Positions 7,747-17,776 of a stretch of DNA of 33,276 bases are shown here, piece after piece. The notes below the pieces were generated by a model. The model was not told the DNA's origin. It worked only from the letters and a program-made list of their open reading frames with translations, and searched no databases. Location: the IMG/VR virus record IMGVR_UViG_3300026187_001902, positions 1 through 33,276 of that record. One strand, 5' to 3'. Position numbers and translations under genes: made by a program. The stretch's first letter is position 1. Every line of letters begins with the position of its first letter. The DNA comes from a virus (lineage: Duplodnaviria > Caudoviricetes).

Positions 7747-8677
7747 ATAACTTTTTCTTTACATTTTGTTTTATAACATCATCAATATCTGGTTTAATAG
7801 ATATAAAATCTGGATGTGATAAAACGTAATGTCCACAAATCTTAATCAAATCTTCTTTTTGGTTGATAGGGTCAAATGAATCATCTACCCACTTTACCCA
7901 TCTTTTTGAATCATAGCATATTTTCCAAAACTTATCGATATCAATATTTGATTCAATATACGAAATTGTTTCAATTAAACCAAATTCTGGTGCGATATTT
8001 ATGGAATCTAATCCTAATGACATTTTTTCTTTAATTAATTCAACGGGGATGTAATCACCATTGTGTTCTTTTGATATCAATCCCCATTTTGATGCAACAT
8101 CTACCATCTCAGTTAATCTTTCAGAATCATACTCACCCGTATTTACATTTCCTTTTAAAGATGTTCCACTTTGGATTACCAAATGTGTTATTTTTTTGAA
8201 TATCTGAAATGGTAATCTTTTGTTTACATCATTAACAAAGTCATCTAACTCATCTGCATCAAACTCTCTAATGGCCTGTTCAGTTCCAATCTCATACTGA
8301 ATATTAGGATTTAACTCATAACAGAACTCAATCATTTTTACAGTCCAATCTAACCCATCATCATATTTTGGATATTTTTTCCACGGGTCTATATGAATGT
8401 AATCTAAATACTTGCAATCTTCTTTAAGTGATTCAAACCCATCATCATCAGTATATCCCTGGCCAGGACCTGAGTGGTCTCTTTTAATTGGGAGTCTACC
8501 ATTTACATATTCTGCGAATTGTTTTGTAGTCCAATTGTTGACGTATCCACCATTCCACTCTACTTGCCTACGGGATGGTATAAATCCAATCACATTATCA
8601 GTTTCTTCTGAAAACTCTAATATGGTATCTACAACATTTTTTGTCATCGGGCCTACGAAATATTTTATTTTACTCAT
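7730..8677 (-). CDS. GatZ/KbaZ-like TIM-barrel (ketose-phosphate C4-epimerase / class II aldolase-accessory family)
   Basis: SRRQVE..GGY, RDHSGP, IHIDP, YEIGTE, KEHNGDY, INIAPEFG parallel the GatZ/KbaZ motifs. Confidence 0.7.
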   Translation of the reverse strand: MSKIKYFVGPMTKNVVDTILEFSEETDNVIGFIPSRRQVEWNGGYVNNWTTKQFAEYVNGRLPIKRDHSGPGQGYTDDDGFESLKEDCKYLDYIHIDPWKKYPKYDDGLDWTVKMIEFCYELNPNIQYEIGTEQAIREFDADELDDFVNDVNKRLPFQIFKKITHLVIQSGTSLKGNVNTGEYDSERLTEMVDVASKWGLISKEHNGDYIPVELIKEKMSLGLDSINIAPEFGLIETISYIESNIDIDKFWKICYDSKRWVKWVDDSFDPINQKEDLIKICGHYVLSHPDFISIKPDIDDVIKQNVKKKLYELYR

Positions 8678-8681
8678 AATA

Positions 8682-9464
8682 TTACTTATCTAAATATTTT
8701 CGTTTGGGCCTTAGGTCTGAAGGAAATGGTTGTTCATTTAACTGATTAATATCTACATCTAATAGATTAATATTGTTTTTAGATTTTTTAATTTCACTAT
8801 TGTACCAATCCATTTCCATTTGCTCTATTTTTCCTGGAGATGATAACGAACCACATATCTGATTGATTGGTATTTGTAGTTTCGGAAAAGGTCTTTTCAT
8901 TAAAAAACTAATACCCATCATTCTATTTTGATACCCACCTGGTAAATCAAAAATATCATATGTACCATCATAATATTTTGTTCTCAAATCGTAAACAAAC
9001 TCACGACAGCCATCAATTCGTTGAGTATCGTGAAATACAACTATACCAATATCACTAAGTAATGGATAAACCGCTTGTAAATCAGCCAAACACCCCCTAT
9101 ATGAATGACACGCATCAATAAACGCAATATCAATTTTACCACCAACAGTTTCTTTCACAACATCTTTAAATTCTTTAGAAAATGAATCTACCTTAGTTAA
9201 GGTATAATTATCGTAACCAGCCTCTGTAAGTAATTTGTGTACACCACTTTCTGAACCTCTAGATTGATATTGTTTTAATAACCCATGTGTTTCCCAAATA
9301 TCAAATCCATAAACGTGTCCACCAGTTTCTTTTGCCGATTCACATAGACTAATTGTGGTTTCACCTTTATTAACTCCTATCTCTACAAATGTTTTGGCTT
9401 GGTTTAGGTATCCTAATTCTGCAATAATACCTGCGTAATCGTTTAATGTATGTTTTCGTATCAT
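8682..9464 (-). CDS. Class I SAM-dependent methyltransferase (Methyltransf_24-like)
   Basis: FVEIGVNKGET, YGFDIW, IAFIDACHSY, GIVVFHD. Confidence 0.88.
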   Translation of the reverse strand: MIRKHTLNDYAGIIAELGYLNQAKTFVEIGVNKGETTISLCESAKETGGHVYGFDIWETHGLLKQYQSRGSESGVHKLLTEAGYDNYTLTKVDSFSKEFKDVVKETVGGKIDIAFIDACHSYRGCLADLQAVYPLLSDIGIVVFHDTQRIDGCREFVYDLRTKYYDGTYDIFDLPGGYQNRMMGISFLMKRPFPKLQIPINQICGSLSSPGKIEQMEMDWYNSEIKKSKNNINLLDVDINQLNEQPFPSDLRPKRKYLDK

Positions 9465-11005
9465 AATTGTAATTCTTTTGTTAATATATATTTTCCGTAA
9501 TTAAATAAAAACTTATTAAATGGATATTCGTGTAAAGGTGCCATATTAATCCATATTAGACCAGTTAGTGTTTTTACCTTTTTTAAATCGTATCCTTCAT
9601 CTTTTATAAAGTTATGTAATATATTGGTACATTCTACTAATTTTGAATTACATAGTATATAGCAATTACTTACATCTGAACTAAAGTACCCATTAGAAAC
9701 TATTTCGTGATTTACTACTAAATTGTGATTTAACTTAGCCAAATCATAGTAGATATCACCAACTTCCAAATCACCACCAAAATCTTGTCTCCAATCTATT
9801 AATGTATACCCATTATTAGTTTCTATAATATTATCAAGAATAAAATCCCCATGAAACTGAGATGGTATCCCATCGCTTAACCATTCCTTATCTAAGGATT
9901 CTACAATATCAAATATCGGTGGAACTTCAACCCCATTGATAATTTGTACAGTATCAGGTTTACCATCTAAATACTGATTAATTCGTTTCGTAGTTTTATT
10001 GATGTAAAACTCCCAACATAAATTATTAAAATCAACATCACCTGTTGATTTAATTGAAGGCATCCATAACTCACTATGAGCCCAATCTAAAAATTCAGAA
10101 AATGTTTTTGTATTTACTGATTTTGAAAATAGATTACCATCTGCCTTTTTGTATTTGTAAAAGTTTTCTGTGCTACCCAAAATAGTAGGAACTAATCCAT
10201 TTAATAATTCAGCCCTTTTTACTCTATTTTGGTTAACTTTAGTATCTGAGAAAAACTTTACCACAAAATCTTCAAAGAAGAAAATAGATTCATTCTCTTT
10301 ATCTAACACATCAATTGTTTGGCCAAAGTGATTTCTCGCATTATTAAGTTCATTCGTATTTCCAATATCTAACCAAAGTTTTGCTTCATAAAATTTGAAC
10401 TCAGTATTGTGGTTTAACATTTTGTTGATTACGTGTACATCTGATAACCCATAATGATTATCTAATTTTTCTAAACATTCCCAAAATAGATTATAATCGT
10501 TAATACCACATACACCAACATATGGATAATCAAAGTTGATTTCACCTTTCTCATTGATAGTATCTACATACCCATTACTTATCTTTAAGGTTCTGTATTG
10601 AGATGTTTCCTTTTTGTATGCACCAACACACCAATTCGAATTTGTATTGGGTATTTCTAAATTTGGAAGTATCGTATCACTTGCATGAAATATGAATGGA
10701 CATTGTAGTTCTGATTTAGCAGCCAGTATTGAATATCCCAAACTACTACCATCTCCCTCATACTTATCTACATTCACAAATGTAAAATTCCTATCATTAT
10801 AAGTCAGTTCTAAAAACTGTCTTACATAATCACCATAGTAACCTAATGTAATTACAAACTTAGTTTCTATTGGATAACTTTCTATTATATGAGAAATCGC
10901 AGGAATATCACCCACCCTAACTAAACATTTATTTGTATAGTTGGTGAGTTTACCCAACCTACTACCAATACCACTTGTTGTTATCAGTACCTTATACTCT
11001 ACCAT
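9461..11005 (-). CDS. Bifunctional sugar-phosphate nucleotidyltransferase plus APH/choline-kinase-like phosphotransferase
   Basis: N-terminal LITTSGIGSRLG..TNKCLV and WLDIGN. C-terminal FHGDFILDNII, LIDWR, GDIYYDLAKL. Confidence 0.85.
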   Translation of the reverse strand: MVEYKVLITTSGIGSRLGKLTNYTNKCLVRVGDIPAISHIIESYPIETKFVITLGYYGDYVRQFLELTYNDRNFTFVNVDKYEGDGSSLGYSILAAKSELQCPFIFHASDTILPNLEIPNTNSNWCVGAYKKETSQYRTLKISNGYVDTINEKGEINFDYPYVGVCGINDYNLFWECLEKLDNHYGLSDVHVINKMLNHNTEFKFYEAKLWLDIGNTNELNNARNHFGQTIDVLDKENESIFFFEDFVVKFFSDTKVNQNRVKRAELLNGLVPTILGSTENFYKYKKADGNLFSKSVNTKTFSEFLDWAHSELWMPSIKSTGDVDFNNLCWEFYINKTTKRINQYLDGKPDTVQIINGVEVPPIFDIVESLDKEWLSDGIPSQFHGDFILDNIIETNNGYTLIDWRQDFGGDLEVGDIYYDLAKLNHNLVVNHEIVSNGYFSSDVSNCYILCNSKLVECTNILHNFIKDEGYDLKKVKTLTGLIWINMAPLHEYPFNKFLFNYGKYILTKELQL

Positions 11006-11336
11006 AGTTATCCTCTAATCTAACAATATCATCTTCACCAAAGTAAGAACCTAACTGAACTTCAATAAATACTAAATCAGTATCACCTGTATTTTTCATT
11101 TGATGTTTTGCTTCAACTGGAATTTGTAATACATCTCCTGCAGTTACATTGTGTAGTTCATCATTAAGTTTTAACTCACCACTACCCTCTACTAAAATCC
11201 AAACTTCAGACCTTTTAAAGTGGTATTGATAACTTGGCGCCTGACCAGGTTTGATTACAATTCTTTTGACCTTACACTTATCATTATCTAAGAGGTTTTC
11301 AAAATCACCCCACGGTCTTTCTTCTTTATAATTCAT
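10992..11336 (-). CDS. Stand-alone cupin, type II mannose-6-phosphate isomerase domain
   Basis: ERPWG, KRIVIKPG, QYHFKRSEVW, FIEVQLGSYFGEDDIVRLEDNYGR. Confidence 0.9.
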   Translation of the reverse strand: MNYKEERPWGDFENLLDNDKCKVKRIVIKPGQAPSYQYHFKRSEVWILVEGSGELKLNDELHNVTAGDVLQIPVEAKHQMKNTGDTDLVFIEVQLGSYFGEDDIVRLEDNYGRV

Positions 11337-12258
11337 CGGTTACTATTTCTTTTATATGTTTCAAAAACGATTCTTCTGTATACAAGTTCTTATAGTTTTC
11401 TTTTGCTGAAAGTGAACATTCTTTGTAGAATCCTTCATCGTTTGCCAATTTGGTTGCAAGTTTTCGTGCACCTTCAATATCACCATCAGATACACTCAAT
11501 AATGGATGTAAGTATTTTTGGGTGTTTATCGTATCATATGATATGCATGGAATTCCTAAGTATGCACAATTTAGATTAAAAGTTCCTGCTGCTGCAGTTC
11601 CTAATTGTACCCCATATTTGTGTTTAGATAATTCATATATCCACTCTATCCACGTCATCCATGGTAAGTGATTTATATCTAATAACCTCTCATCTGGTTT
11701 CATTCTACCAGTAGTTATTGCACTTATATTATCATCTAATATTTTACCAATTAAATAAGAATCAAATCCTCTATATGCGGATACCCAATTGCCACCAACT
11801 GCAACACCTTTACGTTCTCCATCATACTCTTTTACATAATCAGTTATCATTAAAGATGGTAATAACTCACATCTAACATCTGTAATTCCTTTGTAGTATC
11901 TTAAATCCATATCATTATGACAGAAGATTATATCCATACTTTGTAGTACTGAATGATACCACAACTGAGCCTGAATAGAACCATCCTGCCAATACCAATA
12001 TGTACTTTCCTGCATAGTAGATATCTTCTTACATAATCTACGCATATGTTCTACAAGTGGAAAGTTAAATAGATGTTCTTTATTTTTAGGTATGATTAAA
12101 ATCCCCAAATCAAACTCACCATCAAATGAATCTATTTTTGTAACTGGAATGTGAGTGGCATCCAATGCACAAACCCACGCCATATCGGTTCTCATATTAG
12201 GGTTGTTTCGTGGCACTTTACCAACGTATCCTGCTTCACTAAAAAATGCTACTCTCAT
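11326..12258 (-). CDS. Putative GT-B glycosyltransferase
   Basis: MRVAFFSE N-terminus, C-terminal AAGTFNLNCAYLGIPCISY, and context in the glycan island. Confidence 0.65.
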   Translation of the reverse strand: MRVAFFSEAGYVGKVPRNNPNMRTDMAWVCALDATHIPVTKIDSFDGEFDLGILIIPKNKEHLFNFPLVEHMRRLCKKISTMQESTYWYWQDGSIQAQLWYHSVLQSMDIIFCHNDMDLRYYKGITDVRCELLPSLMITDYVKEYDGERKGVAVGGNWVSAYRGFDSYLIGKILDDNISAITTGRMKPDERLLDINHLPWMTWIEWIYELSKHKYGVQLGTAAAGTFNLNCAYLGIPCISYDTINTQKYLHPLLSVSDGDIEGARKLATKLANDEGFYKECSLSAKENYKNLYTEESFLKHIKEIVTDEL

Positions 12259-12890
12259 TTTAAAAATAATTGTTTTAGGTTAAATTGTTCTACTAACGGA
12301 ATCCCTTTTTTGGAACTCTGAAAATGTGTATGGAATCCTCTAATAACCTCTTCATCAAAATATGGTCGATGTAATTGAGATTTAAATTGTTTTAACATAT
12401 TCAACTTTGTATCATATTGATTACCGATATCAACGAATACGTTTGGAATCCAATCACCCAAAGTGCTTGGTGAACAATACTCAATTAAGGATATTGATTT
12501 AATCCTACTCAACGGCCATCCAAAGGAAGATACAATCTTATGTTCAAAATGACTATCATTTTCAGATGGTGTAATGATTGCATCATAATCGGTTAGATTA
12601 GTGAAGTGTTTTTCAATGTATCCAATCCACTCATCAGTTCCTAAATCTTTTAGAAACCGATGTGGTGTAAAAAACAAAGTATGGTTCTTTGAGTTTGATA
12701 CTTCCCAACTTAATTTTACTTCATTAAGTCGATTAGCGTCAGTAGTTGAATCACAATCACCACCTTGTGTTAAACATAACACATCAAAATGGGTATCTTT
12801 GTACTTAATTATTGTACCACCCAAACTATACTCTACATCATCAGGATGTGGTGCCAAACATAATACTCTATCAAATTCTAAAAACTTCAT
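12255..12890 (-). CDS. PIG-L/LmbE-family de-N-acetylase
   Basis: LAPHPDDVE..GGTI, DSHFEH, PNVFVDI, FKSQ. Confidence 0.9.
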   Translation of the reverse strand: MKFLEFDRVLCLAPHPDDVEYSLGGTIIKYKDTHFDVLCLTQGGDCDSTTDANRLNEVKLSWEVSNSKNHTLFFTPHRFLKDLGTDEWIGYIEKHFTNLTDYDAIITPSENDSHFEHKIVSSFGWPLSRIKSISLIEYCSPSTLGDWIPNVFVDIGNQYDTKLNMLKQFKSQLHRPYFDEEVIRGFHTHFQSSKKGIPLVEQFNLKQLFLK

Positions 12891-13696
12891 ATTGATTTAA
12901 ACTCATTCTTTGTAAATATTTTAATCCCTCTTCTTCTCAAATAATCTCTCAAATCTTCTGATAAATTATTTGAATATCCAATAATTGTTTTATCAATGAT
13001 ATTATATGTTGTCAATCCATCTGATTGTTTCAATGTAATATCATATGTAGAACTATCATATGAAACATCAAAAGAATAATCACCCTTCCATGCAATCAAA
13101 GTTTCCCAATCAGATAATATATCGTTTACTAATTCTGATTTTCTCTCATCACTAACATTTTGTGGATAATAGTTTTCTTTGATAACCTTACATGGACTAC
13201 CTGCAGCCAAACTACCTTCAGGAATACTTCTGTTTAATGTTGAACCAATACCAATTACGGTATTAGAACCAATAGTAACATTTGGTAAAACAATACATCG
13301 TGCAGGTAACCAAACATTATTACCAATTGTTACTGGCCCAAAATCTGCAGGAAATCCTTTGGTGATATCCAACCACGCACCATGTGTCCATATCATCACC
13401 TCACCACCAATTCCTACATTATCCCCAATAGTTACTGTATCCGATGGATTGATTATAGTTCTCTCAAAGATACCTACATTTTTACCAATCTTAACTTTGG
13501 AATTTGGGCCATAACACCCACCTCTACCAACTTCTACACCTTCACACATATAGAGGCCTTCTTCAGCCTCAAATGATGTACAAGTGATTTTACATCCATT
13601 TTTAATTACTGAGTTTGCTCCTAATACAAACGTATCACACTCAATAATCACATTGTCCCCAATTTTAGCAGTTGGGTGTACTTCGTATTTTTTCAT
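12887..13696 (-). CDS. Hexapeptide-repeat (left-handed beta-helix) acyltransferase
   Basis: VHPTAKIGDNV, VTIGDNVGIG..IWTH, PVTIGNNVWL, AAGSPCKVI. Start moved to ATG 13696 (MKKYEV), 1 nt after the upstream stop. Confidence 0.88.
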   Translation of the reverse strand: MKKYEVHPTAKIGDNVIIECDTFVLGANSVIKNGCKITCTSFEAEEGLYMCEGVEVGRGGCYGPNSKVKIGKNVGIFERTIINPSDTVTIGDNVGIGGEVMIWTHGAWLDITKGFPADFGPVTIGNNVWLPARCIVLPNVTIGSNTVIGIGSTLNRSIPEGSLAAGSPCKVIKENYYPQNVSDERKSELVNDILSDWETLIAWKGDYSFDVSYDSSTYDITLKQSDGLTTYNIIDKTIIGYSNNLSEDLRDYLRRRGIKIFTKNEFKSI

Positions 13697-13697
13697 A

Positions 13698-14462
13698 TTA
13701 ATCATAAAGTTCTTTATATGTTCGTTCCATCCAATAAGATACATCTCTTGAATTATTTGGTATTGCGTTGAAATGGTATATCCATCCCGCATCTAAAAAT
13801 CTTAATTCATCATTAAACCATGAGTGATTTGGAATGTGTAATAGATTCTTTCTAAATAAATCTTGTAGGTTGTAACACTCACTCATATAAGTTACATCAA
13901 TCTTATGTAGTTTTGTAAGATAGTTAATAATTGTTTGGTCAGTACCTGCTTTGATTCTATCATTCCACATATTGATAGTTTCGATATTATCCCAATAATA
14001 TTTCTGAACCTCTTTGTAAAATGGTATATGTGATTTATTTGTGATTTGAAACCCACCATTGAAATATTCCCAAGTATTCAATTTGGGTTGTTCCTTAAAT
14101 AATGCGTTTCCCCAATTCTTAATACTTCTGGTAGTCCATTCATAACATCCATTATTTAGAACCACCCCAAACTTACCATTTGTTTCATTAAAAAAGTTAG
14201 GTGTATTTGGGTGAATAATAGTATCTGCATCTACAATTAAAACCTGGTCATAATCAATACCATTATGTTCTAATATATCATGTACCCAATATCTCTGAAG
14301 GGTTATCTTAAAATGAGATACATCGGTAATTGGTTCAGTCCATTCGATGAACTCAACACCATTCATATCACACCATTTCTTCCAACTCTTTACTGAGTAG
14401 TGATATGGTGTACTACGACCATTTCCTAAATCAACATTTGGTATAAATACTACGTTTTTCAT
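13698..14462 (-). CDS. GT-A glycosyltransferase (GT8/GT34-like)
   Basis: LIVDADTII, YFNGGF, TDQTIINY, IYHFN. Start moved to ATG 14462 (ATGA overlap with the upstream stop). Confidence 0.8.
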   Translation of the reverse strand: MKNVVFIPNVDLGNGRSTPYHYSVKSWKKWCDMNGVEFIEWTEPITDVSHFKITLQRYWVHDILEHNGIDYDQVLIVDADTIIHPNTPNFFNETNGKFGVVLNNGCYEWTTRSIKNWGNALFKEQPKLNTWEYFNGGFQITNKSHIPFYKEVQKYYWDNIETINMWNDRIKAGTDQTIINYLTKLHKIDVTYMSECYNLQDLFRKNLLHIPNHSWFNDELRFLDAGWIYHFNAIPNNSRDVSYWMERTYKELYD

Positions 14463-15286
14463 AACTCGTTTATATAATCTTCTATGTTTGTGGTTGCAAC
14501 CCACCCCAACACATCAAACGCAGTATCATCGGTGTTTAGGGTTTCTCTCGCCTCACCTGGTTTTTCATCTTTATATATAGGAGTAATACCAAACATATCT
14601 GCAATTTCGTTCACAGAATGGTTGTTACCTCTACCAAGTTCAAACTCATGCCCATATTCTTTCTGATACATTATCATCGTTAATGCACTTACAATATCAT
14701 CAACGTGAGTAAAATCTCTTCTTTGCTCACCATCACCATAAATCTCACATTGAATACCATTTTCAATATTATGAATCCATCTACCAATCAATGTAGTATA
14801 TCCCCCTTCAGTTAGTTGGTGTGGTCCATATACATTATAGAATCTTGTGATAGTTGCATTTAATCCAAAATGTTTCTGATACAATGTAATAATATCCTCT
14901 CCCAAATCTTTTGAGAATGTATATGGATTTTTGAATCTACCACTATGTTTAGATGATGACCCAGCATAAATCAATGGAACATTTCTCTCTACACAAAATT
15001 TAACAATTTCATACGTTCCATTAAAATTTGTAGTAATGTAATCATCTGGTCGTTCAAATGATGGTTGGATTCTTGCAACTGCAGCCATATGAAAAACCAC
15101 ATCTACTTCAAATGGCCAATCAAACTTACGAATATCACCTTCGATGTATACACATCCCTCCTGATGGTTTGATTTTAAACCAGTGCTGTAATTATCAATT
15201 GATATAACATTATGACCATCTTCTAACAATTGTTTAATAAGATTTGTTCCTACGAACCCTGCACCACCTGTAACTAATACTTTCAT
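14459..15286 (-). CDS. NAD-dependent nucleotide-sugar epimerase/dehydratase (extended SDR)
   Basis: VTGGAGFVG, YAGSSS, YTFSK (YxxxK), RFYNVYGP, GDGEQRRDFTHV. Confidence 0.92.
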   Translation of the reverse strand: MKVLVTGGAGFVGTNLIKQLLEDGHNVISIDNYSTGLKSNHQEGCVYIEGDIRKFDWPFEVDVVFHMAAVARIQPSFERPDDYITTNFNGTYEIVKFCVERNVPLIYAGSSSKHSGRFKNPYTFSKDLGEDIITLYQKHFGLNATITRFYNVYGPHQLTEGGYTTLIGRWIHNIENGIQCEIYGDGEQRRDFTHVDDIVSALTMIMYQKEYGHEFELGRGNNHSVNEIADMFGITPIYKDEKPGEARETLNTDDTAFDVLGWVATTNIEDYINEL

Positions 15287-16689
15287 ATATTATCTATCAT
15301 TTCTAAAAGATTAGATGGTTTTAGTTCTGCATTGTGCTTTTTCATATCATCTAATCTATTCAAATCGTAAACACTTTCTAAATCAATCAAACCTAATTGA
15401 TTAAAATAATCATCATAAATAACATTTATTGGAACTAAATCATAAAAAACCTTACCTCTTTGTTTTGAGTTTCTTAAAACAGTTCTAACTAAATCATTTG
15501 GGATATCATTTGGGTGTCTGCCTGATAAAGTTATATACCCAATAATATCACCATTATCATTTTCCACCAAATGAGTCAGAGATGGTGCTAATCCATTTAA
15601 GAATCCACTACTTAGTGCATCTCTGAAGTTTTGTAATCTACAATACTCAGGATGAAATACCTTTACAAAATAACCATCTCCTTTATAAACCTCTCTACCC
15701 ATATTTACACCATCAACAACTCTATTGTATTTATCCTTTATAGTTGTTAAATGTTCAAAGTCCAAATCTTCTACTCTTACTCGCTCTGAAAATTCAGGCA
15801 ATCCCCATTTATAAAATTCAAAGTTAAATGGGTATCCTTTATGAGATTCTCTTTTGAAAAACTCTCTTATACCATTCCAATCATGCATATCACGATGTAT
15901 ATCTGATATGTGTTTACGTGCAAAGTAGAATCGGGGTTCTAAGAACTTATAACCATTGATATCAACACAATAGTTCTCTAATATATCATCATCACCTTCA
16001 GCACCAAAATAATCAAATTTAGGGTAATCTTTTGGGAACACCTCAACTGATGATGGGAAACTGATGTTTTGACTGCGAAGATTTGAAGATATGATTATAT
16101 CCAAATCATCATTTTTACGAATACCCATAGCACTTAAAATACCACTCTGGCATATACAATACTCAGAACGAGGAATACCCAAATTATCCATCTCAGATAC
16201 AATGTTTAGATTTTCAATTGGTTTAGTAGTTCTGATTTTCATATCATTCTTCCAAGGAATATCGTATATCTTATCAGTTTTCATATAAAATGGGAAATAC
16301 TTCTCACCTCTAATTAATCTACCAATCATCGCAAACCCACGATGGTAACTATGTTTCATAAATCCATTATCAAATTCAACTGGGTTACTTTGTAAGTACT
16401 CTTCAATTTCATCATCACTCATCGGCTTTAATGAATTATAGTATTCTTCCGTCATATTATCCCAACCTAAATCGTGGTGATTTGCAACATCATGTCTAAA
16501 CCCAGCAATCATACAATTGTAATATTGCCATGTCTCAGGAGTTAAATTTGGTTTTGGTGCTGATTTCCAATACTCTACAAAATCTCTTACTGTTTTCAAA
16601 TCACCATTTGGGTTTAGAACTTGTTTACTCGGGCCACCATTGGCGACCTCCATATTTAAGAAATAATCTAAACTAATTGGTGAATACAT
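15283..16689 (-). CDS. Multidomain hypothetical protein (unknown N-domain, nucleotidyltransferase-like, kinase-like)
   Basis: Middle QSGILSAMGIRKNDDLDII resembles a pol-beta-type NTase signature. C-terminal FVKVF, FYDLVPINVI, LIDLES resemble the protein-kinase-like fold. Confidence 0.55.
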   Translation of the reverse strand: MYSPISLDYFLNMEVANGGPSKQVLNPNGDLKTVRDFVEYWKSAPKPNLTPETWQYYNCMIAGFRHDVANHHDLGWDNMTEEYYNSLKPMSDDEIEEYLQSNPVEFDNGFMKHSYHRGFAMIGRLIRGEKYFPFYMKTDKIYDIPWKNDMKIRTTKPIENLNIVSEMDNLGIPRSEYCICQSGILSAMGIRKNDDLDIIISSNLRSQNISFPSSVEVFPKDYPKFDYFGAEGDDDILENYCVDINGYKFLEPRFYFARKHISDIHRDMHDWNGIREFFKRESHKGYPFNFEFYKWGLPEFSERVRVEDLDFEHLTTIKDKYNRVVDGVNMGREVYKGDGYFVKVFHPEYCRLQNFRDALSSGFLNGLAPSLTHLVENDNGDIIGYITLSGRHPNDIPNDLVRTVLRNSKQRGKVFYDLVPINVIYDDYFNQLGLIDLESVYDLNRLDDMKKHNAELKPSNLLEMIDNI

Positions 16690-16694
16690 AGTAA

Positions 16695-16726
16695 CAAATA
16701 TACAAAATTAATTTTACAATTCCAAA
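16695..16726 (-). promoter_or_regulatory. Bacteroidota sigma70-type promoter (TTTG-N20-TATATTTG)
   Basis: Exact -33/-7 consensus filling the intergenic gap. ATG follows 5 nt after the -7 box. Confidence 0.8.
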
Positions 16727-17776
16727 TTAAACATTTTCAAAGTAAGTATCCATATTTTGGGGGTCAAATATTTCATCAACCCAAAAGACACACACTAATT
16801 CAGTATCACCAACATTGGTAATATTATGAGTGTACAATACTGGCATATCTACAACAACATTATCATCACCAGATACTTCATATGATTCAATATTATCTGT
16901 ACCCACCTTTCTCATATCAATTCGTGCATTACCAGATAATACACAAAATCTTTCTACTTTACCAAAGTGAAAGTGATTACCACGAGTTATACCTGGCTTA
17001 GTTGTTGAGAAAAACACTTGAGATTCAGTTCCTAATGTTTTAACCAATTCAACCAAATAACCTCTATCATCAGTATGTCTTACATTTTGGTGTTTTGGCG
17101 ATGTAAACTCTCTATATACATTGAATAAGTTTCTACTAAAATCGGTATCTAATTTAGGAATTACTCCAGCTGAATATTGTTTATGAAATGTTGATATTAA
17201 TTCATACACCTCATCTACTCTGATTTTTGTTATGGGGAACTCATCAATTTGATTATCCATTACCTTAATAGCATCATAAACGTAACATAATTCTACTTCG
17301 TTTTGGTTATAGTTTACTTTGATATCATTTACAACATTATAACAAAATGTGTTAATAAACGAGTTGTAGTTAGGCTTACCAAACACTCCAAATAAATTAG
17401 GTAATTTATAATTTTCAAACGTAGTACCTACATAATCACAATAGTGGTTTAATATCTTAGATGCCTCTCTCTTAGATTGACCATAAAGAGTATTGTTTCC
17501 CTCTTGAGTAGATGATGTAAATTTTATATCAATTTTGATACCCTCTTCATCAAGTGAGTTTATTAAATCTCTTGCGAGTGATACATTACCATTGTATACA
17601 TCATCACCTCTATTTACACCAGCACAATGAATCAATAAATCACAATCTTTTAGTAGAGTTATATTATTAACATAATCTCTACCCAAAGAAATGACTTCAT
17701 ATTCTTTAACCCATTTATAGTACTGAGTTAAGTGATACCCCAAAAACCCACCTTCACCTGTTATAGCTATTTTCAT
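16727..17776 (-). CDS. fnlB: FnlB/CapF/WbjC-type UDP-2-acetamido-2,6-dideoxy-hexulose 3-epimerase/4-reductase (SDR plus cupin)
   Basis: ITGEGGFLG, HCAGVNR, SSTQ..NTLYGQSK, LPNLFG..KPNYNSFINTFC. Cupin DDRG..ELVK, KPGITRGNHFH..KVERFCV, YTHNITNVG. Confidence 0.85.
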   Translation of the reverse strand: MKIAITGEGGFLGYHLTQYYKWVKEYEVISLGRDYVNNITLLKDCDLLIHCAGVNRGDDVYNGNVSLARDLINSLDEEGIKIDIKFTSSTQEGNNTLYGQSKREASKILNHYCDYVGTTFENYKLPNLFGVFGKPNYNSFINTFCYNVVNDIKVNYNQNEVELCYVYDAIKVMDNQIDEFPITKIRVDEVYELISTFHKQYSAGVIPKLDTDFSRNLFNVYREFTSPKHQNVRHTDDRGYLVELVKTLGTESQVFFSTTKPGITRGNHFHFGKVERFCVLSGNARIDMRKVGTDNIESYEVSGDDNVVVDMPVLYTHNITNVGDTELVCVFWVDEIFDPQNMDTYFENV

